Positions 30,448-40,960 of a stretch of 64,000 nucleotides of DNA are shown here, piece after piece (positions within the stretch are counted from its first letter, which is position 1; the number at the start of each line of letters is the position of its first letter). The DNA lies in the IMG/VR virus record IMGVR_UViG_3300025769_000068; one strand, written 5' to 3'. The position numbers and the translations under genes are program-made. Source of the DNA: a virus. The notes under the pieces are model-generated. The model was given only the letters and a program-made list of their open reading frames with translations, had not been told where the DNA came from and made no database searches.

Positions 30448-32448
30448 TTAAGTATCAAATAATTTATCTAAGAATCTATTTATAATCCATCTAATGATAA
30501 CAGGTAAGATAACATAAAGAAAAATCCAAGTCAATAAAACTGACCCATATTTTTTCTCAGCGTCTTCTACAACGTTGTCGTATACAAAATTATAACATTG
30601 ATCCTTTAGGGTATATCTATCAAAATAATCAGCATTATCAAAAGTAACACCTTTACCCATACACATTGTAGCCCATTGCTCTGAATATTGCAAGCATTTT
30701 TTGGCAATATCTTTGTAGGATTTTTTAGAATATTTTGCTTCTATTTCAGCATAAATATCAGCATTATTGAAATTGCAAAACTTGACGGTATCAGAAGAAT
30801 CACCATAGCCAAAACTAAAGTCTGGAAAATTTCTTAACTTTATAGATCCACCTTCTTCTCCAAAAATTATTTGTTCAATGTAAGCATAGAACGTAATAAG
30901 TTTTGTTATCTCTGCTCTAGGTTGATTTTCGCCAAACTTTATAATTGTTACATTGTCACCATGACTTATGTTTGCAATGCAAGGGCTTTCTGCTTTAATC
31001 TTAAATCCTTTAACTTCTATTCCATTTCCATTAAAAATATTCCTAAGACTTATATTTATTTCTTTTGGTGACATATTTATCCCCCATGTATTAATACCCA
31101 CGCTACAGCCATAAAATACTCATTTAGTTCTGCTTTCTCAGATTCTTTTAAAGAATGATTGTCATCTCCCATAATTTCTTTTAACAGTTTTACTATCTCT
31201 TCTGCTAGCCCGTCATATTTATCAACTAATGTGTCTTTAAAAAATATTTTTCCAGCAAGAGTATAAACATCATTTACTTGTTGCGAAGTGGCATTATAGT
31301 CTAAAACTCTTTTTGCAAACTCATAGTTAAAAATAGCCAACTTAGCTTTGTCGCTTGGGTCTGTAACAAGTTCAGAAAATATTTCAACCCTATTTATAAC
31401 ATCTTCGTGAGGTTTATCTATGCTCAAAATTTTTACTGGTGGCGGTTCTGGATTTGGTTTAGGAGTTTGATCAAGCAAATCTAATAAGCCTCCACCGAAA
31501 AAACTATATAGCAACAAACCTACTGCTAGTATATTTTTATACATTTTATTTCTCCGCATTAAATAGTGGAAAAACTTCATCTAGCTTTTCCACTGCTTGG
31601 TCTAATCCTTCTTCTGTACATTTCTCTTTTAGGGAGTACCATAGGTCTACGATTTCCAAAAAAGGCTTATCAGCAACCTCGTCTTCCTCGATGATCACCT
31701 TGTTCTTTTTTAGAAAATTAAAGCTAAACATACTTTTAACCTTTCCGAATACATAAGACCAACTAATATTTGAAAATAGTAACACAGACGCTATTGCAAT
31801 CGCTGCTACTCTTAAAATCATTTCTGTTTCCATAATGTCTCCAATCCTAATGTTTATAAATTAATAATCCTTCTTTTAGTATTTTAGCCGTTCCCTCTCC
31901 GTGGTATGGGCATTTTGTTTTGTGACCGTCCCCTTGTTTTATCCAGCCTGATCCACCACAAGGGCATTTATCTGGATCTGGGTTTGGCCCAATAATGTCT
32001 GGAGTCGGATTATCTTCTTTAAATATTTCTGAACCCGCTTTGTCGAAAGCAACTTTAACGTCTGCCTTCCATGTTTCTATGTAATCTTCATACATGTTTG
32101 TAATATCTTCAGTGCTACATCCACAATCTACAGGTCCACCGTCAATAACAGACTGCCTGTTATCCATTATCATAACCGTTGCAGCTATACTGATTACAGA
32201 GATAAAAACAAGCTCAAGATGTTTTTTCATGGATCGCCTCCGTCCACGGCATTATAATAAGCAATATCATCAAATCGCCCTGTCAATCCAGCTTGAATGG
32301 CTGTATAACTAGGACTAGTATCTAGAGTTGCATCAATTGTATTAAACTCGCCAGTTGCTAGGCAGGTTACAACAACAGTGCCATTTTTTGTTGCTTCTAC
32401 AGAAGTGTTTGGATTTGTTACTACGTCAGTTGTTGAGACTACGCCCAT
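30448..32448 (-). CDS. Five hypothetical, mostly membrane/secreted proteins (30448-31101, 31077-31580, 31546-31833, 31847-32230, 32227-32448)
   Basis: Hydrophobic termini; 31847-32230 has a CPCGGSG..GDG..CPYH zinc-like motif. Confidence 0.5.
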
Positions 32449-32459
32449 TGTAAATTCTC

Positions 32460-32567
32460 CTATGGTTTAGTATAAATTAATTTTGAACCTTTGTATATTT
32501 TTTCTATAATTTTACCTTCTACGTATGCAGAAGGAATGTTGTTTGAACCCTTTTTTACGTTAGCCAC
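32460..32567 (-). CDS. Small ORF, 35 aa, GTG start (ANVKKGSNNIPSAYVEGKIIEKIYKGSKLIYTKP)
   Basis: AGGAG RBS; fills the intergenic gap; KIYKGSKLIY resembles short phage virion peptides. Confidence 0.45.
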   Translation of the reverse strand: MANVKKGSNNIPSAYVEGKIIEKIYKGSKLIYTKP

Positions 32568-32576
32568 AGAACACTC

Positions 32577-32879
32577 CTAAACAACAAAGTAAACTGTGTT
32601 TTCATCCTTAGTTAGTGTTGCGTATGACGCAGCATCTGTAAAAACTAAGTTTTGAACACCGCTAACGTTAACACCCTCTTCTGCACCAGCCTGTACTATG
32701 TCTGACTTTATTGCTATTCCAGAAAGGTTTGAAAAAGTTGTAACTCCATCACCGATTTTTAGAGTATTGTCATTTATAGAGAATCCGGGTTCTCCCTCTC
32801 CTAAAACTGTATTAGCAGAAGCCCACTCAGAAGCAGAGCCTCTACGTAATTGCACCCTTGTGTTTGAATAATCTGGCAT
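32577..32879 (-). CDS. Mtd_N/hyaluronidase-N-like tail-fibre-associated protein
   Basis: RVQLRRGSASEWASANTVLGEGEPG..LKIGDG. Confidence 0.75.
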   Translation of the reverse strand: MPDYSNTRVQLRRGSASEWASANTVLGEGEPGFSINDNTLKIGDGVTTFSNLSGIAIKSDIVQAGAEEGVNVSGVQNLVFTDAASYATLTKDENTVYFVV

Positions 32880-33799
32880 TAAAACACCTCATCTATCGTA
32901 AAGTCTACTTTTCGTGGTGGGAATCCATCCACATCGCTGAACGCCCAAGCTCCATTTTGATTTAGCATACCTCTAGCATCTTTTTCTCTAATCCAAAATG
33001 ATCCGTCTGGTTGATCAAATCGTTTAGGACCACCGTTAAATGCCCCCCAACTATTTTGAATTAAGAATAATGTTTCTTTATATATTTCATGCGAATCGTC
33101 CATGGAAATCCAAGCCATTGCGTGGTTCCATGACCCTGATCTACGAGCTATACCATTAGAGTCTCTACGTGAGGAAAATCCGTAATTACTACACACGCTT
33201 AAAGCATACCCGTTAGCTATAGCATCTCTAGCTTCTTCGACAGATTTTACTAAACTAATTGTTTTTACTTGGTGCTTCTTGCCCTCTTCTATTACGTCTC
33301 TAGGAACGCCAGATCTTCCCCAACTTGTTCCTATTCTACTATTATATTTAGAAAAGTCAACGAATCCATAATCTTTTCTAACTAGGATGCCCCCGTTCTG
33401 AGCAACAAATCTTGCAGCAACAGAACAGGACATCCCTTGACCGCCATGACCGCGAGATCCATATATTGCTTCGGTTGCTCCTCTCGCCACAAATTCTTCT
33501 GCTTGACCACCAACAATTTCATGACATCTTGTAACATCTACGGCATTACGTGTCGAATGCGAGACGCAATCGCCTGTAGTTTGTCTTTCGTGAGGTCCAA
33601 AACTTGGATCATGTTTTATAGCAGACTTATGCAGTAAAGCAACTTTACCCTTGCCACTACTATATAAATCAGAGGCAGCAACTCCAAAGAGGGGGTGTGG
33701 CAACTCTCCTAAAAGTTTATCAGTATCTTCTGGATCGCACCACGAACCTACAAGTCCGTCCTTATAGGCTTTTAATATTTCTTGCGGTGTATTAAACAT
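32879..33799 (-). CDS. Papain-like (C1) cysteine peptidase
   Basis: QTTGDCVS, NHAM, QNSWG catalytic motifs. Confidence 0.8.
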   Translation of the reverse strand: MFNTPQEILKAYKDGLVGSWCDPEDTDKLLGELPHPLFGVAASDLYSSGKGKVALLHKSAIKHDPSFGPHERQTTGDCVSHSTRNAVDVTRCHEIVGGQAEEFVARGATEAIYGSRGHGGQGMSCSVAARFVAQNGGILVRKDYGFVDFSKYNSRIGTSWGRSGVPRDVIEEGKKHQVKTISLVKSVEEARDAIANGYALSVCSNYGFSSRRDSNGIARRSGSWNHAMAWISMDDSHEIYKETLFLIQNSWGAFNGGPKRFDQPDGSFWIREKDARGMLNQNGAWAFSDVDGFPPRKVDFTIDEVF

Positions 33800-33802
33800 T
33801 TT

Positions 33803-34024
33803 TTACTCCGACGCATTGTTTTTTGCCCACTTAACTACAGTATTAATTACAACTGCTGCAATTGGTACAAGCATTACGCCCATATTTCCAAGATCTAGAT
33901 TACCAAGATTTTCACCTAGATAAGTAAGACCAGCAGCTAAAGCTACAAGTGCTGTATTTTTTGCAATATCTACAACGTCGGCTACATTAAGAGTGAACGC
34001 TGGCGAATTATTTTTATCTGACAT
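33803..34024 (-). CDS. Putative holin
   Basis: 73 aa with two hydrophobic helices, next to a peptidase. Confidence 0.5.
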   Translation of the reverse strand: MSDKNNSPAFTLNVADVVDIAKNTALVALAAGLTYLGENLGNLDLGNMGVMLVPIAAVVINTVVKWAKNNASE

Positions 34025-34026
34025 TT

Positions 34027-34617
34027 TTATACCTCTTCAGTTTTTGAAACACTTACTAAAAATCCTCCGTGCTTATCCTCATCTATGCGATACGGATAAC
34101 CTAAAAATCTTATTTCTTCTCCATCGAAATTTTTTGTTGGTCTTGAGAATCTTCTGTTCATTGTTAGGCAAGACATAAATTCTTTTAAGACTTCTTCTCT
34201 TTCGTCTTCATGGATAATATTTAACCAATCAAAACCCTCAAGACTTGCTCCACCTATTGGCAAGAACTTAAAAAAATTTGCATTGCTCCATGTCATTCTT
34301 CCGTCTTCGTCTGTTTCAAACAGTGCAGCACCGCTGTAATGTAAAGCAGCCTTAGTTCTTTGGATGATAACTTTTTGTCGTTTTTCTATTCTTTCGCAGC
34401 TTTTGCCCATAGATATTATAGCATCTTTTAAGCTACTACCACCATTAGTTGTAAGTTCTTTTTTTATTTCGTTTACAGATTCTATAAAGAAATCTTGATT
34501 TTTGCATAGTTTTACAATTGGTTTAAGAAATTTTTTCCATAATATGGTTATAAGACCAATCGCTCCACTCAAACCTCCAAATATAATTGTAATTACTTCT
34601 GGATTTAATTCTGTCAC
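34027..34617 (-). CDS. Membrane-anchored PAS-domain protein
   Basis: N-terminal TM, NGGSSLKDAI coil, then LFETDEDGRMTWSN..DWLNIIHEDERE PAS pattern. Confidence 0.7.
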   Translation of the reverse strand: MTELNPEVITIIFGGLSGAIGLITILWKKFLKPIVKLCKNQDFFIESVNEIKKELTTNGGSSLKDAIISMGKSCERIEKRQKVIIQRTKAALHYSGAALFETDEDGRMTWSNANFFKFLPIGGASLEGFDWLNIIHEDEREEVLKEFMSCLTMNRRFSRPTKNFDGEEIRFLGYPYRIDEDKHGGFLVSVSKTEEV

Positions 34618-34640
34618 AGTTTTGCCCCTCGTATGAAAAT

Positions 34641-34675
34641 AAAAGACACGCCCCCCTTGGAGGGCGTATCCCTTT
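34641..34675 (-). terminator. Hairpin downstream of 34690-35358
   Basis: ACGCCC..GGGCGT stem followed by U-rich sequence on the minus strand. Confidence 0.45.
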
Positions 34676-34689
34676 GCTAAAACAAAATA

Positions 34690-35358
34690 TTAAGAAGACG
34701 TATCTGTTGCGTCTTCAAATGCATCTCTAGCTTTGTACTCGTCCGTAGTTGCCTTGCCAAGACCACCAAAGTGGTAGGTAAGTTCACCCGGAACTCCTCT
34801 AGTTGGACTAGCTGCTTGATCTGTAGCAGCCGTGCTGCCATCCTTCTGTACAAAATTCTGAGCATCGCCAGCATTTGATCCCTTGGTCCTGCCCGGAACA
34901 ACACCGCTACTAGGAACAGCAAGGACATCAAAAGCTACATCGGCAGCACTTCCAAGTCTGCGAGTAGACGATATTCTGTGGATACTATCTTGACCAACGC
35001 TATCATACTGAGCGCCGGGGATGGTTAGTAAGGTTGAGGCATCGTTATTAATTTTGCCAGCACCTTCTGATCCAGCAGCCTTAATAATGAAATTCCTCTC
35101 TCCCCTTGCTGGACTATACGCCAGCCCCCCAGTGCCACCAGCCTTGGCTGTTGTAACACCTTGAGGATCTTCAAATAAACCTCCATCACCACCGTCATTA
35201 GCTTTGACTTTTGATCCATACTCAGAGCCTGTTGCAAGCTCATTTGGATTAAGTGTGTCAGTAATAGGACTATCTGATGCTGGTGTGCCTGCGTTGGTGA
35301 CTGTGCCGCCATCAACTTTTTCAACACCGCCAGCTTGTTTTGCAGCTGTAGTAGACAT
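34690..35358 (-). CDS. Putative virion structural protein
   Basis: Gly/Ala/Thr-rich; preceded by the AGTGTATAT motif. Confidence 0.5.
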   Translation of the reverse strand: MSTTAAKQAGGVEKVDGGTVTNAGTPASDSPITDTLNPNELATGSEYGSKVKANDGGDGGLFEDPQGVTTAKAGGTGGLAYSPARGERNFIIKAAGSEGAGKINNDASTLLTIPGAQYDSVGQDSIHRISSTRRLGSAADVAFDVLAVPSSGVVPGRTKGSNAGDAQNFVQKDGSTAATDQAASPTRGVPGELTYHFGGLGKATTDEYKARDAFEDATDTSS

Positions 35359-35435
35359 ATATTATCTCCGTATATGTTGTAATTTTGTTAAAAAGTAATG
35401 TCCACTCGTCCTTTATAAGTCCTATTCCTAATAAC

Positions 35436-35445
35436 ATATACACTT
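35436..35445 (-). promoter_or_regulatory. Putative late-promoter motif AAGTGTATAT
   Basis: Recurrent intergenic motif. Confidence 0.45.
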
Positions 35446-35922
35446 TTATACAAACTTGTGCTGAAAATTTTTAGTCATTTTTTTGACCTTTTTCCTAACA
35501 GTTTCCTTGCCAATGTCGTATTTATTTGATAGTTCTTCATTAGTCATTTTTGATATTTTATCTTTTAAAAGACTTTTTTCAAAGTCATTTTCAGCCTCGT
35601 CCAAAATGTCAATTATCATTTCTTCAGTATTATTAACGCTTTGGATGGAAGGGTTTAATTTTCCACAAAATTTGCTTTTATTTACAAATTTAACAGCTTT
35701 TAAACATTCAATATAAACACCCTTATACAGATAGGTAGTAAATTTACATTTCTTCTCTGGTTTAAAATTTAAGAAACATTTCCACAAAGCATTAAGTTTG
35801 CAAGTGTAAATATCTTCTTGTTCTAACTGATTGACAAACTTCTTACAAGCATGATTCATGATATTAACAATATCTTTGTCATTAAGAGCGTTTTCAATTT
35901 TTTTATCAATGCATTCTAACAT
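35446..35922 (-). CDS. Small sigma70-family-like transcription factor
   Basis: Region-2-like ALWKCFLNFKPEKKCKFTTYLY; region-4 HTH MTNEELSNKYDIGKETVRKK. Confidence 0.7.
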   Translation of the reverse strand: MLECIDKKIENALNDKDIVNIMNHACKKFVNQLEQEDIYTCKLNALWKCFLNFKPEKKCKFTTYLYKGVYIECLKAVKFVNKSKFCGKLNPSIQSVNNTEEMIIDILDEAENDFEKSLLKDKISKMTNEELSNKYDIGKETVRKKVKKMTKNFQHKFV

Positions 35923-35931
35923 ATAAACTCC

Positions 35932-36685
35932 TTAAATTATAATATTCTTTTCAATATTTTTACGAACCTCTTTAAAATCAAACATTTTACCTATACCAAC
36001 AAAAAATCTATACCTACTTAAAACCTTTAATAACTCAACACCTTCTGTTTTATTTAGTTTAGATTTTATTTCTTTAGTAATGTCAAAATTGGCATGACCA
36101 ATCCAGCAATCAAAGTTGGAAAGCATAGCCATATCATCCATTAATTCTTTTGATATGGGAAGTATTGGCATGTTGCTCGTAGCGTTTGCTTGTTTGTACG
36201 CTTCCATCTCTTCATATTCGTCTTCTTCATCTTCTTCTTCTGAATAAACTATCATCTGCTGTATAATAGTTTTAAGCAAAGGGGAAGACATTTGTTTTTC
36301 AATTAGGTCTTCATATTTTTGCCAACCAATTTTTTTCTTTGTTTGTTTCATATTACATCATATCTGTAGGAGAAATACATGGTTTTTCTTCATCGCCACC
36401 GTCTAGTTTTTTACCTTGTTCTACAATAATTTTACCAATTTTTGACAATATATCAATGAATAATTCTTCATGTCCACTAGATAGCAATCCATCTCTTACT
36501 AAATTGATTGTATGAACTATTGAAGAATCTTTAGAGAGAATTTCAATAATTTCCACCATAGCATTGCCACACTCTTGATTATATTCTCCCATTGTTGCGT
36601 CAATCAAAACGTCTGGGTCATTTCTATATTTTGTGTAACTTACAGATGCTAAAATTTCATCTTCTTCATTTTCGTTTTCATTCAT
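35932..36685 (-). CDS. Two acidic hypothetical proteins (35932-36351, 36353-36685)
   Basis: ORFs in operon, no recognised motif. Confidence 0.5.
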
Positions 36686-37748
36686 ATAAAACTTCTTTAA
36701 CTTTAAGGGCAGAGTTCTGCCATGAAAATTTATTTGCGGTATCTACGCCAGCTTGATTTATACTTAAAGAATTATCTTTTTTGCACTTATGAATTTTTCT
36801 CATATGGGATACAAAGCAGTCTATTTGGTCGTCAGATATCTTTGCCCAATTCCCACACTTTCCTTGAAACCACTTGCCATCATAAGCTAATTCTGTGTCT
36901 TTTATTTCTACTAGATCTGAGTTTGTATCATTGCAAAACTCAGTGTGCGCTGAATAATTTGTTGTAATAACGCTTTTTCCACAGGCTAGCATCTCTAACA
37001 ATTCTAAATTCCAACCTTCTGCTCTAGATGGAAAGATGCCACAATCAGTCTGCGCCATAATATTATACACTTCTTCGTGAGTATTTACCCTGTCAATAAA
37101 CTTAATTTTGTCACTTAGTTTGCTATTTAAGTACAGGTTTTTCCACGTATTACCCTCCGTTTCTGAAAAAAATGGATTATCTGTCATCATCCATAATTCT
37201 ACATTATCTTCTTTCTCAAAAGCTTTATTAAATATATTAACTAAGATATCGTGACCTTTTCTGATTTCCCATTTTCCACAATTAAAGAATATAGTTTTCT
37301 CTGAATTTGATTGTTTAGGTTTGAATATATTAGTATCCACGCCTAAAGGAATTACCTGAACTTCGCTAGAGGGTCTGTAAACATTCATTAACATTACATT
37401 TTTAGCCCAGTGAGAACATACAAAAATTTTATCTAAAGTATTTAAGTGATGTTTTTCTACGTCGTTAAACTTATCTAGCTCAAAGATTGGAAATCCTATT
37501 CGTTTTCCAGATCCTACAAACTGAGCCATATCGTGTTGATGCCATATCTTTAGGCATGGGGCTTTACTTTCAAATAATTGAGTATTGGCTATAACTTTTT
37601 GTAAAATGTCTGCATCTTCTTGAGATGTAGCGTGAATATTTCCGATGGGCCATAAAGCAATGTCAGTTATCTTGGAAAGTTCTTTTGTTATATTCCATCC
37701 AGCCACTCCATACCCCAAAGGATTAATCGGCGCAATAATATTTATCAT
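36678..37748 (-). CDS. Glycosyltransferase family 4
   Basis: GKWEIRKG; EGWNLELLEMLACGK. Confidence 0.85.
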   Translation of the reverse strand: MINIIAPINPLGYGVAGWNITKELSKITDIALWPIGNIHATSQEDADILQKVIANTQLFESKAPCLKIWHQHDMAQFVGSGKRIGFPIFELDKFNDVEKHHLNTLDKIFVCSHWAKNVMLMNVYRPSSEVQVIPLGVDTNIFKPKQSNSEKTIFFNCGKWEIRKGHDILVNIFNKAFEKEDNVELWMMTDNPFFSETEGNTWKNLYLNSKLSDKIKFIDRVNTHEEVYNIMAQTDCGIFPSRAEGWNLELLEMLACGKSVITTNYSAHTEFCNDTNSDLVEIKDTELAYDGKWFQGKCGNWAKISDDQIDCFVSHMRKIHKCKKDNSLSINQAGVDTANKFSWQNSALKVKEVLYE

Positions 37749-38287
37749 GTTGACTCCCTAAAGAAAAACCATCTTTTTAGTTGCGATGTGTCTTTACATT
37801 TTGACACATCGTATAAGTACGCTAGTAATCTATCCATAGAACTAAATATATGTTGGTGCGGCAACATGAAGAATAACCAGTTGGGTGCTAACATCTTTCC
37901 TTGTTCGCACCATACTAGTATCGGTTTCTTTTGCCTGTTGGCTGTAGCAATCTCTTCGTAAGACCCACACATGTGTACATTCATGTCTATGTGAGCAATC
38001 AAAAAATCTGACACATCAACACACCTTAGATCAGCATTTCTAATATGACCATATTCTTCTCTAATTTTATCAAACTGTCCAGTTTGTTTATAATAGTTAA
38101 TTGTTTCTCTAGTGGTTGGAGTTTCTTTTGCAGATTCAATCGGTTTGTCGCAAGGATTAATTACGCTTACACTCAGTTCTTGCAACATTGGGGTGATTGC
38201 ATTTCTCCATCCGACACCTCCATCTGGTACTCTGTCCATAGCGCCAACTAAGTATGTTCTCATATTTTTTAAATTATTCATTAACAA
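37745..38287 (-). CDS. Nucleoside 2-deoxyribosyltransferase-like protein
   Basis: YLVGAM..WR..NP..DLRCVDVSDFLI..GSYEE..KPI. Confidence 0.7.
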   Translation of the reverse strand: MLMNNLKNMRTYLVGAMDRVPDGGVGWRNAITPMLQELSVSVINPCDKPIESAKETPTTRETINYYKQTGQFDKIREEYGHIRNADLRCVDVSDFLIAHIDMNVHMCGSYEEIATANRQKKPILVWCEQGKMLAPNWLFFMLPHQHIFSSMDRLLAYLYDVSKCKDTSQLKRWFFFREST

Positions 38288-38748
38288 CTCCTACTTAGTG
38301 CAACTTTGAGAAAATCTTGAACAGTGCTTGGATCGTGTTCATTAAAAACAGTGCTAACAATAAACTTTCTTTCTCTAACCGCCTTGATACCTAAAGATTT
38401 TAGAGCATCAAAACAATCTTGTTGTAATGAAGTGTAACCATTCTGATTGCGCTCAACCGCGGGTTTTGTAGGCGTAGCAGATGGTTTTCTAGCAGCTTGC
38501 ATATTTGCTTTTTTGCTAGAAGATTTAGGTTTTGTGCTAGGCTTTTTCTTACGCTTTTTAGCTTTAGGAACTGGTGGTGGTGATACTTGATTGTTCATCT
38601 GTTGTTGCATAGAAGAGTCTTCGTACTCTGCTAGCACTATCTTGTCACTAATGTTCCAGTGATTGTTTCGATTAAACAAATGACAAACAAACATAGCCAA
38701 GAAAAAAAATGTTGCTACATCTACTGAAAAATTGCTAACTGTGTCCAT
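38281..38748 (-). CDS. Membrane-anchored hypothetical protein
   Basis: AAGGAG RBS before the ATG at 38748; TM, basic linker, DCFDALKSLG helical tail. Confidence 0.5.
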   Translation of the reverse strand: MDTVSNFSVDVATFFFLAMFVCHLFNRNNHWNISDKIVLAEYEDSSMQQQMNNQVSPPPVPKAKKRKKKPSTKPKSSSKKANMQAARKPSATPTKPAVERNQNGYTSLQQDCFDALKSLGIKAVRERKFIVSTVFNEHDPSTVQDFLKVALSRSC

Positions 38749-38767
38749 AATTTGCTCCTTTGTCCTA

Positions 38768-38795
38768 ATTATATCTTTAATATCGTCCAAGTCAA
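38768..38795 (-). promoter_or_regulatory. Sigma70-type promoter
   Basis: TTGACT-16 nt-TATAAT immediately after a terminator. Confidence 0.5.
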
Positions 38796-38805
38796 GTCAA
38801 AACTT

Positions 38806-38844
38806 TAAAAAAATAGCCCGACAGGGAGAACCATATCGGGCTAT
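38806..38844 (-). terminator. Intrinsic terminator after ssb
   Basis: ATAGCCCGA/TCGGGCTAT stem with a U run on the minus strand. Confidence 0.7.
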
Positions 38845-38868
38845 CTTGATTAGCATGATTGATTGAGT

Positions 38869-39204
38869 CTAACTTTCTTGCTTCTCTTGTGTTGAAGCTC
38901 CAGAAGGTCCGAGTGAAATTTCATCTGCCATTACGCAGACTGACATCTTATCTTTCCCTTCCTTATCTTTATAATCATCAATCTTGATCTTTCCTTGGAC
39001 TCCCACCAATCTACCTCTCTTAAGATGATCCTTTAGAGCTTCTGCCATCTTACCAAAACACAGAACATTTAGGTACAAGGTATCATCATTTCTTCTATCA
39101 TTTACAGCCATGCGAAACTTCGACATGGATGTTCCTTTTTGAGTAACAGAAAAGTCTGCATCTCTTGTCAATCGACCGCATCCCAACCAAGTATTAATAT
39201 TCAT
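38869..39204 (-). CDS. ssb: Single-stranded DNA-binding protein
   Basis: GRLTRD, FRMAVN, FGKMAE, LKRGRLVGVQGKI. Confidence 0.85.
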   Translation of the reverse strand: MNINTWLGCGRLTRDADFSVTQKGTSMSKFRMAVNDRRNDDTLYLNVLCFGKMAEALKDHLKRGRLVGVQGKIKIDDYKDKEGKDKMSVCVMADEISLGPSGASTQEKQES

Positions 39205-39983
39205 CTATACCTCCAGTGCTGAACGAATTTTACCACGCAAAACTTGAGTATTACCGCGATTATGAGTACCCAACGTCGCACTGTAGATCGCTCTAGCAGT
39301 ATTACGAGGAATACCTAGCAAACTTGCCGCATACTCTGTACCATCCCTAGTGTTATCAAAAACACCAAGGCCAGCCTTGTGAGCCAAAGCCGTTACAGGA
39401 TTTAGAGTACGACCACGATGAGTCCCACTCTTAAGAGTTGCAACAACACGCTTGTTGTCAACGTCCCAACGATAAGAGTGAGCAACACCATTCAATCTAT
39501 CAATTACACTACTAACATTCATATCAATCTCCTATTTTAAACTAGAATCACTAACAGTTGCTGTACTTGTAGAGTTGATACGTTCATTGATCAACGCATG
39601 TCCCTGTTCCAAGTAATCAGTAAGCCTTAAAATTTCATTTTCAATAGTTTGCTTTTGATTATTTAGCTCATCTATTGCTGTTTTTATTGTTGTTAAGTGC
39701 GCTTTCGCCATTTCTTCTACTGACATATTTGCCTCCAATTTATTTTACTCAAATTATACAAAAAAAACTACATGTTGTAAGTAATGTAATTCAAAACATC
39801 TTGATGAGACCAACTAGCCTTATACTCTCCCAGTGTTGACAATTCACTTACTTCTACATACTCTTTTTCTAATCTGTATATTAACTCTACTAATATTAAT
39901 TCATTATGAGTTAGTATACATTCTTCAACAAGGTCTCTAATATCGTCTCTGGAAGATTCTATTTTGTTTTTTTTCTTAGCCAT
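39205..39983 (-). CDS. Three small hypothetical proteins (39205-39522, 39532-39738, 39768-39983)
   Basis: ORFs in operon. Confidence 0.45.
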
Positions 39984-40410
39984 TTAGTAACTCTAATATG
40001 ATACCAGACTCAGTAAATAATTTCTGTGAAATTTCAAAGTTTTTTTTCCACCTGTCATCGTTGTGTATTACCGAAACCACCCGCTTAATGCCAGATTGTA
40101 TTATTAATCCTGCACACCTAGAACAAGGCTGAAAAGGCCAAGTATACAATGTGCATCCTTCAACAGACCTATTGGCAAACATTAAAGCGTTAGCCTCTGC
40201 ATGTACTATTATAGCATATTTTTCGTCTCTGTCAACCAATCTTTTTTGAGAATCTTTGACACCTTTGGGAAAACCGTTAAAACCAATAGATACAATTCTT
40301 TTGTCGTCATCTACTATAACAGCGCCTACTTGAGTTGACGGGTCTTTCGACCACGATCCGACTAGTTTGGCTAGTTCAATGAATCGCTCATCCCATTTTG
40401 TTAAACTCAT
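39976..40410 (-). CDS. dCMP deaminase
   Basis: SKDPSTQVGA, GFNG, HAEAN, PCSRC. Confidence 0.92.
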   Translation of the reverse strand: MSLTKWDERFIELAKLVGSWSKDPSTQVGAVIVDDDKRIVSIGFNGFPKGVKDSQKRLVDRDEKYAIIVHAEANALMFANRSVEGCTLYTWPFQPCSRCAGLIIQSGIKRVVSVIHNDDRWKKNFEISQKLFTESGIILELLNG

Positions 40411-40543
40411 ACCACAATAATCCTAAGTTTGCTAAAGCGTATGCGAACCACATTAAAGCGTGTGGGTAGTCTCTGCCGATAATGCAACAAGTACATGTCC
40501 ACACATAACAAAGTGTCGAAATTATAATTGCTGGTAATGCCAT

Positions 40544-40960
40544 TTAATTATCCATGCGTTGTTTAATATATGATGAACTAATATACTCAGTATAAGGAAT
40601 ATACAAAAGCACAATACCGTTTTGTTCTAACCAATCTTCAGTAAAGCCCATCTGTTTATAGTAGTTTTTACCAACCCAATCAGTTCCAACAGCTATGATA
40701 TCTGGATTTTCGTTCAGTATAGCGGGTTTGCTGTCTGAACCGCCAATATTTTCTACAACTTTATCTACGTATTTACAATTATATAAAGCTGTTTCTCGTT
40801 CTCCGTATGTCATTCTAGGATATTCTAGTTTATAGTCAAATACAAATTCGTTAGTATTGAGACTGACTATAACTTCATCGGATATTGCGTTGCATTTCTT
40901 GAGAAAATTTTCATGGCCCCAATGAAATAAATCAAACGTCCCTCCAGTATATAGTTTCAT
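40544..40960 (-). CDS. Cytidylyltransferase (TagD-like)
   Basis: GTFDLFHWGH, YIPYTEYISSS. Confidence 0.85.
   Translation of the reverse strand: MKLYTGGTFDLFHWGHENFLKKCNAISDEVIVSLNTNEFVFDYKLEYPRMTYGERETALYNCKYVDKVVENIGGSDSKPAILNENPDIIAVGTDWVGKNYYKQMGFTEDWLEQNGIVLLYIPYTEYISSSYIKQRMDN

Noticed and set aside
32577-32879. Diversity-generating retroelement suggested by the Mtd_N-like domain
   Set aside because: No reverse transcriptase or TR/VR repeat pair in the window.
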